Origin: Pseudogymnoascus verrucosus
Lineage: Eukaryota
Reading direction: 5' to 3' (one strand)
Length of the DNA: 64,000 nucleotides
NCBI GenBank assembly: GCA_001662655.1
Contig: KV460208.1
Shown: positions 11,994-25,668 of the stretch, piece by piece
Numbering within the stretch: the first letter of the stretch is position 1
Layout: each line of letters begins with the position of its first letter
Made by a program: the position numbers and the translations under genes
Notes under the pieces: model-generated
Database searches by the model: none
What the model was told of the DNA's origin: nothing
Seen by the model: the letters and a program-made list of their open reading frames with translations, nothing else

Positions 11994-12413
11994 TCACGCC
12001 CTCGCCCCCTCAACCCTCACCTCTCCAAACCCCTCCATCCTCCTCCCCCCACTAGCGCTCATCCTCCTCCCCTCCTTCAACTCCCTCTCCGCCTCCATCA
12101 ACCTCCTCTGCACCCAAGCCCTGTACAACCTATCCCCCCTCACGCTCTCACAATTCAGCAACTCCGTCAAGGCGCTCTTGATCTGCTGGTTCACATCGTG
12201 CAGCTTTCTCGCGTCGGCGTCGTAAGCCGCGGCTGTGGCGACGGAGTAGGGCGTCGATGGGTAGGTGGAGGCGGGGTAGGAGGAGAGGGTGTCGATGGGG
12301 TAGGTGGCTAGGGAGAGGCGGAGGGATTCGTGTTCCGAGTGCAGGAGGAGGTATTGTTGGAGGGCGAGGGCGCGGGTGGGACAGGCGGAGAGGGGGTTGC
12401 TGCGGAAGGACAT
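11994..12413 (-). CDS. Small fungal hypothetical protein (~139 aa), probably coiled-coil
   Basis: MSFRSNPLSACP...KLHDVNQQIKSALTELLNCESVRGDRLYRAWVQRRLMEAERELK; coding-like composition; internal ATG at 12413 preferred over the longer ORF start. Confidence 0.7.
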   Translation of the reverse strand: MSFRSNPLSACPTRALALQQYLLLHSEHESLRLSLATYPIDTLSSYPASTYPSTPYSVATAAAYDADARKLHDVNQQIKSALTELLNCESVRGDRLYRAWVQRRLMEAERELKEGRRMSASGGRRMEGFGEVRVEGARA

Positions 12414-14239
12414 GGTGTGATTTTTGGTGTGGGATTGGGTGGCTTGAGATGTGGTTTGTGGTCCTTTTGGACAGTTGAGATGCTGCTGTTTTCTCGTTGC
12501 GGTTTGTGAGGGATTGGCTTGAGCCGAAATGCCGGTTCTTGTAGTCTTCTTGCGTGGAATTGCCTCTTGTGCAATGTTCGTTCGAAGATAGTGGATATGT
12601 CTACACTCCTCTCTCGATATCGAATGGCTGTTTGTACAGTATAGATGATGTCTGTAACAGAATGTATGACGCTTCAAGCCCCAATTCTCAATATATACTC
12701 TCGACACTCTAAGACACTCTAATAATCCAGTCCGTCAAGGAAGAGCAATCGTTGGTTCGGAAGTCGCAATGAATAATTTCGTTATAATATATTCAAACAG
12801 GCAAGAACGACCAGAATCAACCCATAACCCGGGTCATCCTTACCCTTATACCCGTATAACCCCCCCCATCATTCTCAGACGATCAATCCACCTCCTCCTC
12901 CCCCACCACTCAAGCTTAGTGGTCTAGACCAAGAGGCCGATTACCCTCTAGTGACATGTTGTCTTGTAACGCTGCCCACCCAAAATCCACCAAATCCACC
13001 AAATCCACCACGCAATCCCCCTCAAACGACACTATGTAACCAAGTACCTGCGCGCGCTCACCCGCTCCCACCACACCTGCCCAGGCGAAACTAGCAGATT
13101 GGCTCCCGGAGCTTGTCGCTGGGCGTCGGTTTGCTATGCGGCGTCTCCGCTGTGCTCCTTCCCCCGCCGTGGAGATGAGATGAAGAGGGGTTACTGTGCA
13201 CTCTAACCCTACGCTTGGCTTGCATACTGGGAGATCACGGGCGGGCAGGGCAAGGGGTGAGAGAAGAGAATCCAACCTCGTGGTCTCATGGGTTAAATGC
13301 ACAGCCAGTGCGGGGAGTCCACGACTTCTGTGTCGCACAGCTGTTGGGCGGAGGGGTGATCATCAGGTCTGTGGTGGGAGATGTGCAGAGGGACACGTCA
13401 TTGCGCTGGGAGAGGGTGCGTTTTTACTGCATTTATCGCATTACTGCATTCTGCAGTCAGCTTGGGAGGGTGATGGTATGATCGGGATGGATAGACTCCA
13501 GCCGAAGCGATCTGAATGGATGGATAGACTCGGCTTTGTGGGATCCGGCATGGAGTGAATGGGCTGGACTCTTGGGTGAGCTCGGCGATACTATCTCTCT
13601 AGAGTATAGTGCAATTGTGGTGTGCTAACGATAAGAAAACTAACGATACTACAATACTACGATACCACAGAATATTCATACGCACTTACGTCGTCGCTGA
13701 GGAATTACGTGAGGATGCTACTGCGTATGTTTCCTAACGTGGTTATCCTATCAGAACGCACGTGGAGATTACAACCCGCAGTCTAATATCTGGTTACAGC
13801 GGGGTCGTCCAGTGGCACTATGCCCTACAAACGCCCTACGGCGGCCTCTGATTGATCCATCGGTGGGTCCGTCTATACTAAAGACACTAAAGATACTAAA
13901 GTATATCTTCGCTGTTTCGGGTCTTATTATTTATGGTCCCTTTTTTGTTTCAAACTGCTTATTTTTTATGGTTCCTTTTTGGTTGGTTTTTAACGACTTT
14001 TCATTAAAATATTAAAATTACATGGGGGGGTTCTCACTTGTTTCAACCATGTTATAGAATGGATATCTTTTTCACACAGGTTTTTGCGGAAATTAAAACA
14101 TTAACAGAGTTTTCACTTTTTGCAGAATCAGAATTGTAAAAAACTCTTCTCAAAAATGGGTATTTAATATTTCCAACCTCGGCTTTAACAATCATAATAA
14201 AAATTCTACTCCCTTCCATCATGGTATCAATCCTCCCCT

Positions 14240-14280
14240 CTTACCCCCCTATTCTTACCCCTATTCTTACCCCTATTCTT
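14240..14280. repeat. 12-bp tandem repeat (CTTACCCCTATT) x~3
   Basis: Read directly, just downstream of the CsbD-like gene. Confidence 0.75.
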
Positions 14281-14306
14281 CCCCCCTTCTTTTCCCCAAC
14301 AACCCC

Positions 14307-14831
14307 CTACTGATTTTGCTTCTGAATATCATGTTCCGCCCCCCTCTGCTGCGCCTTTCCCTCATCATGCCTCCTCTGCGCCTCCAACTGCCCCTCCCTA
14401 TCCCCCGTCAACCCCGCCACCACCCCTCTCACCGCACCGCTCACCCTCCCCGCAATCCCCCCTCCAAGATCATTCAACTGCCCCTGCGCCTCCTGCCCCT
14501 TCCCCTGGAGATTCTGCTCCTGTCCCGCGCGCTTAAGATCCTCCGACCCCACGAGCCCGCCCAGCGCCTCCTTGCCCGCGCCAATGGTCTGGTTCCAGCT
14601 GCCCTTCTGGCGGTTGGGGTCGTCGCGCGCGATTCCGTCGGCGGTCGCGGTGAAGCCGGGACCTTTGAGGGTGGCATGGCTGGCGGCGTCTTCGAGGGTT
14701 GCTTTGTCTTGCTTTGCCTGGCCGGCGTTGGTGTCGGCGGTGGAGCCGGTGAGGGTGCCGAGGGCGGATTGGACGGTGCCGGTTGCGGAGTCGATGTAGG
14801 ACTGGATGGTTGAGGTGTTGTTGTCGGACAT
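14307..14831 (-). CDS. CsbD-like hydrophilic stress protein ('mismatched base pair and cruciform DNA recognition protein' family)
   Basis: 174-aa G/Q/A-rich intronless ORF with GSWNQTIGAGKEALGGLVGSEDLKRAGQEQN motif. Confidence 0.85.
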   Translation of the reverse strand: MSDNNTSTIQSYIDSATGTVQSALGTLTGSTADTNAGQAKQDKATLEDAASHATLKGPGFTATADGIARDDPNRQKGSWNQTIGAGKEALGGLVGSEDLKRAGQEQNLQGKGQEAQGQLNDLGGGIAGRVSGAVRGVVAGLTGDREGQLEAQRRHDEGKAQQRGAEHDIQKQNQ

Positions 14832-15069
14832 TTTGAGGGTTTGTTTGGGGGTTTGTGTTTGTATGTGTGTGTGTTTGTTGAGTTTGATATGCGTGTAAAG
14901 TGAAGCTGTTGATGCTTATATGAATCTCTTATAAGATGATGAAGATGAAAAGAAAAAAGAGCATCCAACTCAGGAGAAACCCCCCCTTATATACCCCCTC
15001 CCCCTTTCCCCCTCTTTCTTGAAGAAATTCATGGAATCGTGAACAACACCCTGGCGATCTTGCGGCATG

Positions 15070-15210
15070 TGCATGGAGGGGTAAACAAGCACAGCATTTC
15101 TCAGAATTCCATCACGTTTAGCAGCTACGTCATGGCATTTCCAGGGTCTGGTGAGAATGCCATGGGGCAACGGAGGGGTATGATTGGTTGGATGACAGGA
15201 TGACGTCATA
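15070..15210 (-). promoter_or_regulatory. CRE/ATF and STRE elements upstream of the CsbD-like gene
   Basis: Perfect TGACGTCA 15201-15208, TACGTCA 15126-15132, AGGGG 15077-15081 and 15174-15178. Confidence 0.5.
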
Positions 15211-15768
15211 TCTTATAATGTTAAGCGCTGCAAGGCTAGGATGGAAGTGGGTGAGGACGATGAAGCACCTTCCACAAGCTGCTAGATGGGATTCTTAGAC
15301 CATTCTCCACTGATTGACACAGGGATTGAGGGTGTTGAAGACGTGCGTAGGGTCCAAGGCGCAAAATGGTGTTCCTGGTGTTCAATAATACAACATTTAT
15401 GGGTTCATGATGTTACGTTGTTTGAAGGCGTCACACGGTTTAGAATTAGAATGTACAGGGCATGTAAATTATATTCACGAGCGAGTTCAACAAATGCGTG
15501 CTTCGCTTCGAATGAGTCTTACAGTTTCTTTGATTATGGGGAGTGGTGGTGTCGTTATTCGCTCGCCATATTGGCATCGAATACCAAAATATCATACACT
15601 ACAAAAAACACACCCAACCACACACGCAGACATATTGCGTCAGTAACCCCCCCCATACGTGCTCAATAAACGCCCATGGATATCAATAACCCCCCCTTTG
15701 CTAACGTTGTCTTTCGTACAATCTCAACACAATCCCCCACTCCCTATCACGACACAACAACCAACCAA

Positions 15769-17578
15769 CTAATGCTGGCTCCACTCAATAGTGTTAAGAT
15801 CCACTCCCTCCTGCACAAGCTCCCACAACGGGCTCAGCTCGCGCAAGAACGAAACACGCTCCTGCACAGCCTTGAGCACGTAGTCGATCTCAGCATCTGT
15901 CGTGAATCGGCCAATGCCAAAACGGATACTGCTGTGCGCGCTCTCGTCGCTACTGCCGAGCGCGCGGAGCACGTAGCTGGGCTCCAGAGAGGCGGAGGTG
16001 CATGCGCTGCCGGAGGACAGGGCAATGTCCTTGAGGGCCATGAGGAGGGATTCACCCTCGACGTAGGCGAAGGAGACGTTGACGCAGCCGGGGTAGAAGT
16101 GGTTGGGGTCGCCGTTCTGGGTGGTGTGTTCCATGGCCATGAGACCGGAGAGGAGGCGGTCGGAGAGTTTCTTGATGTGTTTGGTGTCGTACTGGGGGGA
16201 TGGTCAGCTAGGTTCCTGACGACTGAATTGAATTTTTCAAGGTTGGATGAGGTCCAAATTTCATTCACCGTGCTATAGACGTCATGACGGCTTCAACCCC
16301 GTAGGGGAGGCCGCTAAGAAAGCCATGCATATGAGAGCATATAATCATATAAGGAGGAGAGGGGGGGGGTAACAAGTAGTAAAGGGAATGCTTACATCCA
16401 TATCTTGCTTGGCGATTCTGCAAGCCTCGCCGAAGCCGACAACCAATGGTGGCGCAAGTGTGCCACTTCTTAATCCTCTCTCCTGGCCACCACCAGTGAT
16501 GATGGGGTCAAGTCTGACTCTTGGTCTTCTCCTCACGTAGCAGGCACCAATACCGTTTGGTCCGTAGATCTTGTGTGCCGAGATGGACATCAAGTCGATC
16601 TTCATCTCGTTGACATCCATTGGGATCTTTCCAACAGCCTGAGCAGCATCGGTGTGGAAGAACACCTTCTTGGAGCGACACAGGGCGCCAATCTCAGCCA
16701 GAGGCTGGATAACACCAATCTCGTTGTTGACAGCCATGATACTGACGAGAGCGGTATCTGGGCGGATAGCGGCCTCAAGCTCCTCCATGCTGATGAGTCC
16801 ATTTCTCTGGACAGGAAGGTATGTGATGTCAAAGCCCTCATCTTGCAAATGCCTACACGAGTCAAGCACGCACTTGTGCTCGGTCTGCGATGTGATGATG
16901 TGCTTCTTCTTCCCCGACCTTCCGAAGAATCTCGCCACTCCCTTGATGCTCATGTTGTTACTCTCCGTAGCCCCCGATGTGAAGATGATTTCCTTCGCAT
17001 CGGCACCGATCAAGGCCGCAATGTTCTCGCGGGCTTGCTCGACGGCCTTATCCGTCTCCCAACCGTACGCGTGCGTCCTCGAATGAGGGTTTCCGTACAG
17101 TCCAGTGTAGAACGGCAGCATGGAATCGAGAACACGGGGATCAAGAGGAGTCGTGGCTTGCATATCGAGATAGATGGGCCTCTGTCCTCCATCCATGATG
17201 GTAGCCTGTTTCAAGACACCTATACGTGGTCAATAAAAAAAGCCGGACATCTCTCGGAGATAGCAAATTCATACCCGCCATAGGATCCATCATAGCATCC
17301 GCGTTCGCCCCCGTGGGATGCATCGGCTGTTCGAGCTGGGTCTTCCCCATCTCCTGGACGAACTTCTTCTGGTCGGCCTTGATGGCCGACTCGACGTTCA
17401 CCTGCGCAGCATCCTTCTTCGATTCGGAAACGTAGCGTCGGCCCGAGACTTTTTGCCCTGAAGCTGCCACAACTGCTGCTCGTGGTAAAGCAGAGCTTCT
17501 AATCAGGCCTGCTGAAGAGATGTTCTTCGCACACAGGCGCGCGGCCTGTCGCAACGATGATGAGCCTACATTTGCCAT
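15769..17578 (-). CDS. NFS1: Mitochondrial cysteine desulfurase; introns 17220-17274 and 16192-16395
   Basis: R/S/A-rich presequence, [14 protein letters not shown] site [15 protein letters not shown], catalytic [18 protein letters not shown]-terminal WSQH. Confidence 0.96.
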
Positions 17579-18402
17579 TGTTTCTGGCAGAAGGAAGGTC
17601 AACTCCGGTCTTTTTGATGACTGACGGGAGTGGAAGTGGTGGAAGCGGCAAAGGAGCTCCGATGAAAGATCCAGCAAATGATATTAGGCGACGACCGGTG
17701 ATTGGTCGATAAAGGCCAACAGTGGAAAGCCGGTTATTCCGAGCGCCGAGAACTTATTGAGCATAGTTGTGACACCAGTTAAGCCCGTAGGGACATGTGT
17801 TTACAGTACAATTACAGTATATTGACAAAGTACTCTTCAGCAACATCAGTGTATAAACTATGACGATGGTGGGCTGTGGCGGGTTATGGTGGGCTGTGCT
17901 GTGAATCTGCTTTTTGGCTGGTGGGATAGGGAAGGAGGGATTGAATAGTACACTCTATAACATACTATAACATAACTAATATGCAAAACTTGGTTTGATA
18001 GCTTCCCTCATTCACATTCACGTAATTCACAGCTTAACATCGTATACAAACACACAAAAAGCCTCACAAATACTGCTTTTGTTGACGAATATAAACACAC
18101 GACTCTCCAAGGCACCTGTCTTACTGTACTCTTTTTTATCCTGCTACCTACCAAATCTTGGCTGTTCGCGGGCATTTCATTACTGCGGCGCCAGGTCACT
18201 CAAAGCTCAGCCGCTCAGCCACGACGGCAGATGGAGCAATCCTCGTCATCGCCCCTCGGCAGCCATTAAAGACCTCATATCTTGCATTATTCCCACCACT
18301 TGGGCCATTTCAATCGTTGCGCTTCATACTGCACAACGATTTTGCTGTATTGTACATACAAAGCACTAATATCTGCCCCTGTGGCAGACATCATCCGACG
18401 AC

Positions 18403-20013
18403 ATGAGTTTCAAGGGCTTCCAGAAGAGCGTCATTAGGGTATGTAGTCTCGAGATCGCCGAGTGAGGGGTTCCACAGAGCTGAAGCTGATCAACCACAAC
18501 AACAGGCGCCGCAGGTGTTTAAGCAGAGATTTAATCTTGGGGAGCAAACCAAGGACCCGATATTCATAGACGCAGAACGCCGTTTTCAGGAGCTCGAGGA
18601 GCAGACCAAGAGGCTCCATGAGGAGTCCCGCAAGTACACGAACGCCGTCAATGGCATGCTCACCCACCAGATCAATTTCTCGCAGGCCATAGCAGAAATC
18701 TACAAACCTATATCCGGTCGAGTATCGGATCCGGACTCGATCATCTCGGAGGGCAACCCGGAAGGTATTCAAGCGTGCGAAGAATATGAAGCTATCGTCA
18801 AGGAGCTCCAGGTCACCTTGGAACCGGAGTTGCAGATGATTGAAACCCGTATTGTCCACCCCGCCGAAGAGCTCTTGATTGTAGTCAAGCAGATCCGCAA
18901 GGGCGTTCTCAAGCGTGAGCACAAGCAGCTCGACTTCGACCGCCACCGCGCCACACTCAAGAAGCTCCAGGACAAAAAGGACAAGTCCATGAAGGACGAG
19001 AAGGCTATGTACAAGGCAGAGAACGAGGTCGAACAGGCGACGCAAGAGTTCAACTACTTCAACGACCTCCTGAAGGAGGAGCTCCCCAAACTCTTCCGCC
19101 TCGAGCGAGAGTTCATCATCCCTCTATTCCAATCCTTCTACTACATGCAGCTCAACGTCTTCTACACCCTTCACGAGCGCATGCAGGGCTGTGATATTGG
19201 CTACTTCAACCTCACCCTCGGCATCGAAGAGGCCTTCGAGGCCAAGCGCGGCGAGATCCAGCAAGCAGCAGAAGCACTTGCCATCACAAAATTCCGCACC
19301 CGGGGCGCAAAGCGACCCCCAAAGTACGGCCCAGGCGCCGCCGCCGGCCGTCTCGGCATCGAGAGCGGCACCAGCCAGCTCGCCATCGAAGACAAGCCCG
19401 GCAGCTCATCCGCCTCGCCGTATCAGGCGCCTACCTCGCCGGGACCGACACGCACGTCCTTCTCCGATATCCCCCCACCAGCATACAACACAGTCGGGCC
19501 CTCGTCATCACTCGCCCCGCACGGCGACACTAAGAGCGGCGTCGGCCGCGCCAACTCGACAGGTGGGAACTGGGGCGCCGCAGCAAAGGCAAAGGGTGCC
19601 GCGCCGCCGCCACCAAAACCGAAACCAAGTCGCTTCAGCGGAGTGCCTGTCGCAGAGACGGTGACGGCGCTGTATGACTACGAGGCGCAGGCGGAGGGGG
19701 ATCTGAGTTTTGCCACGGGCGATGTGATCGAGATTATTCACAGGACGCAAAATGACAATGAATGGTGGACGGGGAGAGTTGGTTCGAAAGAGGGGCAGTT
19801 TCCTGGTAAGTCATCATCCCCCTTACTTCTTGTTGGAATACTCCACTTTCAGACATGTCGTCTGGACACGGAATCCACCGCCCTCAACCCCCATCCTCCC
19901 TCCTCACCGGTCGGTCGGGGCCCAATCCCGCTCCCGCTCTTCCCAGTCTAGAATCTCCTCGAGACCCCACCACTAACAGACCGCTAGGTAACTACGTGCA
20001 GCTAAATAAGTAA
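18403..20013 (+). CDS. RVS167: N-BAR + SH3 amphiphysin (Rvs167/Hob1); introns 18439-18505 and 19806-19987
   Basis: MSFKGFQKSVIR-APQVFKQ start, BAR helices, G/P/A linker, SH3 ALYDYEAQAEGDLSF...WWTG...FPG-NYVQL. Confidence 0.9.
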
Positions 20014-21513
20014 TAACGGGGCGTCGCTCACACACCCCTCTCAAACAAGGCTGTGCAACCCCACAGGGTAGCAGCGGCACCCCACGACGAGAGATACCGA
20101 GGATCCGCGCCCAGCCTTACGTAGGCCGGTGCCGCGCGCACCTGGTCCGAGGAAGAAGGTGGGGGAGGAGAAGGGGAAAATATACATTACATACATAACG
20201 GTGTAACACGGGGCTGCGCCGTCGATCCCGCGGGCTTGGCAGGTCAGGACATGGGAGGGGGGAGTTGGTTAGGGTGAATGTTAGGGAGGGGGGTGGTTGG
20301 TTATGCAGCTTCCTCGGTGTGCGAACACATCGTGAAGTGCAGTCTCAAAGGCGTTGTGGGGCATGGGTTGGAGCGGGAAAGGGGGGTGGCATCTACGCAT
20401 GCAGCATACACGGATGGATGAGCCGAGATGGATTGGGATAGACGGCGGCGCGGGGGTGTGATAGAAGGCAGCGTATCGTTAATACTAATGTAGTATTTAC
20501 CCACTCACCCACCCATAATCTTGCAGCCGGTGAATAAATGCAGATCGCGTGCATCTGGCATCTCCATCCTTGAGGCGCATGTGTGAACAGATTACACACT
20601 AATCCCTGTGTGCCATCACTGTCCGCTATCTACATGCCCCATTTCATCCACACACATCCTAATTCATTATTATTTTTGAGTCAAATACCCTGCCTGTGGC
20701 GTCTTCTCTAACGGCTGAACAGGCTGTACTCAACCCAGCAAGGCCGCAGAGCCGCATGTTTTAGGTGTCACGAGTACGAGGGTAGGTAGCCAGACCGACG
20801 GGGATTTGTCCCCCCCCTCCTTCTCTAACACCCTATGCGGGGGACAGGAAACGCATATACTTACCCAGAAGAGCTTCTTCTCCTTCCATCCATTCATCCA
20901 CCATCTCACAACCGTGCATCATGCCCCGTGCTGGCGTAATCGCAGACCTGCATATTCGCAGCCTCGTCTCAACGCGCATCGCTTGGTGAGGGGTCCCTGC
21001 ATCCACACTCATCCACCCTCCCCAGTGGTTACATCAAGAGACGGCCAGTTTAGGGCGTAAGTTAGTTACATACCTGCAAGGCGAGGTTATTTATATCCAC
21101 CGCACCGCACCCACAAGCAGGCCGCACCGGTGAGAGCCTTCCGAGATGTGGTCTGCCTTGGGATCAGCCTTGTCGGTGTGCTGGCTGATGCGTTTTTCCC
21201 TCACCGAAGCTGGGCGTTTTGGGGTGTTGACTCGCGCAGTTTAGTTGCATGTCGGATTTGTGTGCCGAGGCGCGGGGTGGGGAGCTTGGGTCACATTGGG
21301 AGAGGGGATCTGTACAGTGGGAGGACGGGAGGGGAGGGGAGGTTATGGCGGCGGCGGGCGTGGCATGTACGTACTGTGCTTGCTGCTGCGAACTGTGCAT
21401 CTCACGAACGACACGCGCGGGATAAGCCGCGGGGAGAGGGGCGGGGGAGGGAAGGGTATAGAAAATGTTGTATTTTGTATTGTTTGAACTACGCACACTG
21501 TTACGCTAGATAG

Positions 21514-23755
21514 TCATAAGCCGAAATCGAGGCCTCGTGATATGGAGAGGTACATTGCTGCTTCGCGGCGGAGCCAGGAGCAGTTTGGGTGCTTTGCAGT
21601 CGGTGCTGGTGCTGCGGCTGGGGAGGGGGGAGGAGGTGATGAGGAGGTTGTCTTTGCGCGTTTTGGTAAGTGGTGGTAGGACCCCTTCATACCAAACTCT
21701 GCCGTGGTGAAAATCGAGGAGTTAGGCCGTTTAGGTGATGCTCCTCCGCTAGATGCCTGGGCCGTCGAGGCCCGAGAAGTAGTAGATACAGCAGCAACAC
21801 CCGGGCCCAAATCATCCATCGAGCACTTCCTCAATCCCCTTAGATGCACCGCGGGATCAAAATTCACCAACACAATCGCCTTCTGTCCCCCCTCCCCCCC
21901 CGTCGAATAAACCAACCCCGTCCCATCAAAAGTCCCGTGCACCTTACCCATATACCCCGGCGGATTCATCAGCACGTGGAGGTCCCGTCCAGCCTCGCTA
22001 TACTTCCCCTGTGCATCCGGTGCCGGCGGCCACATCTCGACGGGGCCGTCTTCATACTCCTCATCCAACCCCTCTTCCTCCTCCAGCTCGCCGGTCTCCG
22101 GATCGCGTGCTAGAGGTGCGATAATACCGTCACCCCCACGCGCGGGCCCCTTGCGGCGGCGCGAACATGCCCGGATGCGCAGACACTGCTGCACTCCTGG
22201 ATCAGGGTGCGGGATGTCATTGACGAGATCCACAAACGTGCTGGCGGACATATCATAGCATCTCGCTGACGTCTTGCTGATGACGAAGGAGCGCTGACCT
22301 GGCGGAGTAATAGACTCTGCGTGCACGTTCCTGGGAAGGCGGACCTGGGAAGGAGAGAAGTGCGGTTTGTTGGAGGCGGTTATGGTGAGCGCGAGGCGGT
22401 CTTGGGTTAGTACTGCTAAATCTTCTTTGCGACGCTGGTGTTCGGAGGAGGAGGAGGATGAGGAGGAGGGGTAATCCGTGGGGTGCTGCACTTGGAGAGG
22501 AACTGTGCCGAATGGCTGAAACGTATATGGTGAGGCGGGCGACAGTGCGGGTGCAGCATTAGCTTGGGGGGAGCTGCTGCTGTTGTTCTTCGTGACTGGC
22601 CGCTTGGGAAAAACAACTTTGGTTTTGTAAACTGTTCTTTGGCCGACGGTGCGGCCCTCGAGCCACTCCTTGCGTGACTCCACGATTGTGAGTTGGCCGG
22701 TTGTTTCGTCGATTGCAAGTGCAAGGCTCGTCCAGCGATCGTCTAGAGGCCCTTCGAGGTGCTGGCGGCGCCACATACACTGATCTTCTGTTTTTTCTAG
22801 CTTCTTCTCAGATGGATTGTTGAGTGGAAATCGTCTGCCATGGTAGAAAGACGTCCAGTCTACCTCTTCCACTTCATAAGTTGTCTGGTTGGAAACAGCG
22901 TAGAAAAAGCCACCCACGACTTCGAAGCAGATAGTAGAGCCAATCTCACCACCAATTAGATCATAGAGGAAGTTATTGCGTCCCAGAAACTTGCCGTTCT
23001 TTAAATCATACCCATGAAGAACCCACCTCTTGCGGTTGTCATAGTCGTTGGAGATATGGACTCCGTAATAGAGATAGTCCCCATCATGACGCGCAAAGAG
23101 TTTTTCAGTTGAAGTTACCTCAGTGCTGAGGAGAATAGCCGGTTTTTTAACGTCCACGGCAATAAGCCAGCCTCCGCGTCTTGGGTGAGCGTATCTGAAC
23201 AAACAGGACAGAACACCCTCATGATAATGAAGGAACGAGAACGATCCCGCAACCTTTGACTGCGCCTTAAAAGCAGTCTTATCGAGAAGACCAGATAGAT
23301 CAATAACTGGTTCCTCGATAGGGGATTGCCGTGTTTCCAGAAGACGCAGTGTACCGTTGTGCATGTACCACAGAGCACCTTTGGAGTACATATAAGTTTG
23401 CCCTACCCCAACGATGGCGACCGAGTACGGTTTCGCCGTTGCCAATGCTTCCGTCTTCTTGGCCCATTTACGCAAGGCTTGCGCCGAGCTCGTGCCTCTT
23501 TGTGTCGCCCTGACGAATTCTCTGCTTAATGGTATTTTGGACTTTCCAAGAGAATGTGAGCAACAGACACAGTAAAACGAGCGTCTCGACGACAAGAATA
23601 TCACTAACCTGAGCCACAGCCCTAGAGACCTGGTCACTAAAAACGTATTGATATAACCGCCTCGATGTCCTAGACAGGCTGATGACATCCTCGATTTCTA
23701 ATGAAGATGCAATAGCCCACCATAGCTCGTTTGGCAATGATTCCAGGGAATTCAT
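21514..23755 (-). CDS. F-box domain protein of unknown function; intron 23542-23608
   Basis: N-terminal LESLPNELWWAIASSL...LSRTSRRL F-box joins in frame to the long ORF via GTTAGT...AAG intron. Confidence 0.85.
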
Positions 23756-25391
23756 GGGCGGCTAGGAAGCGATGAACAGGGTGCACTTATATGCACCAAA
23801 CGTATTGAAGATGGACGACGGGAGGCTGATTGCATCGCAGAGAATGTTGTTTTTAGAGACGAGACTGAAATCTATTATGAGAGTCGCACCCTTGAGAGGG
23901 TATGAGGGGCAACTTATATAAAGTGGAGTCCACTTGTTAGTCGGAGAAGAGCCTCAATCGAAGCAGCAAGGGACCATGATCATTTGAGCCTCCGGGAGCT
24001 AGTTGAGACAGACCCACTGGTCGGTGTGACATAAGTTTTCCCGAGACAGGAAATGAGGACGTAAAAACGAGATTAAGAAATGATATGGAGAAAAGGACAA
24101 TCAAAGAGCCTCACACCATGAGACGCGATACGTCTTGCATGGTGGGGGTGTTACGTTGGGACGTTAAAACGAGGCTGGCGGGAGATTTAGCCTCCCATTT
24201 GAGACTGAGTTGACGGGACGTAGAGTACAGTGCAGGCAGCTATAGTTGTATTTTCCCTTGGATACAACTGCAGTGAAGTTTAGTTTTGGAAAAAATCACT
24301 CACAGAATCGCCACCTCAATGATTGTGGCCATGGTATTATGATCATGGGTGAATATGGCTCATGGTGAGAATGTGGGATGGTTTGATGACAGTGGATGAT
24401 GGAAACGAGAGACAGGTAAGACATGCCGGACTTGGTGCTTTTAGTGGATTTAGTGGATCGGATGGCTCCTGAGCCGGGGGGGGGTTGGGGCTGTGCGGCG
24501 GCCAAACTAGGTTACAGGGGGTTGGATGATTTGTTCCCTTTGAGCCTCATATTCCCACCTTTTCTTGATTCCCCGATGCTTCAATCCGCGTCCAATACCA
24601 TGTCGACTTTCGGGGAAGCAAGGATAAAACGGGCGTTGCTTACTAAGCGCACCTCAAATGAGTGGTCGTGAAGCAGCAATTTTCGTGATGATTGTGAGGC
24701 TCTGCGCTGCGGGGAATTGACTCCAGGGATCCGTGGTTGTTATTGTCTCCAATTACGATCTTTCTATACGACATCCTGGAAAAATATCTATATACACTGC
24801 TTCACCGGTGGACGATACCTTGCTGTACAGTATTTGAATAGTTATTGAATAGCGTTTCGAGTGTTTGAAGGAGGCTGCATGTATGAAGTACCACAATGTA
24901 AGACTCCCTATATCCAACATCAACATTGGGAATCCGAAACTCCCGAAAAAACCTGTCACGTAGGACAAGACATCCTTTCTAGCACGGCTTCATCTTCATC
25001 AGCACTTGTCGGCATGAAGAGCCTCAAAAGCCCCTTTTCTTCCAAGCCAGGGCTGACAACGCACTACCGTTGAAATAGGCGTGAGATGTGAGACAGGAGG
25101 CTCCTGGCAATGCATCAACCATGTCGTGCACACACATTATAGGGTTGTCATTGCACGTGTGGCATTCTATACTGTTCTAGACTGGCAACAAATATGAATA
25201 TATATCGCATGTTATCACTTCTATTCACCTACGAACCTCCCGTCCATTCCAGCAACTCAAGTCACATGATCTCTATAACTCCACTGCCACGGAAAAAGCG
25301 GGGGGAAGGGGCAATTCTACTCCGAATGACTGTTGCCAATTATTGGCGTTTTTTAGCTCCCGAAAATGATCCGATAGAAATCAAAATCTCA

Positions 25392-25515
25392 GGAATACAT
25401 ATATTCGTATTCGTACATATTGGATGGAAGACAAAGACCTCGGAATACTCGATTTTTGTATTCGTACATAATGAAAGGCCGTTAGAAGGGTGGTCCAACG
25501 GCACGGAATAAATCC
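25392..25515 (+). promoter_or_regulatory. Duplicated palindromic element upstream of the MFS gene
   Basis: Two copies of GGAATAC-N8/9-GTATTCGTACATA (25392-25419, 25442-25470) plus CGGAATAAATCCG near 25503. Confidence 0.45.
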
Positions 25516-25668
25516 GATCAAATTATATCCCAATCCCAACGTCAAACCCAGCCTCGTTCATATACTCTCCTCCTGGTGACGCCGTATCCATTCTATATAT
25601 CACATGGGATATCCATCGTCTAGCCACCATCACCACTCTCACCACCAACCTCACCCCCACCGCCCATC

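Noticed and set aside
13600..14210. AT-rich stretch with short imperfect repeats, possible RIP-degraded transposon
   Set aside because: No terminal repeats, TSD or transposase/RT remnant visible
24685..24691. Box C-like GTGATGA
   Set aside because: No CTGA or closing stem within snoRNA distance
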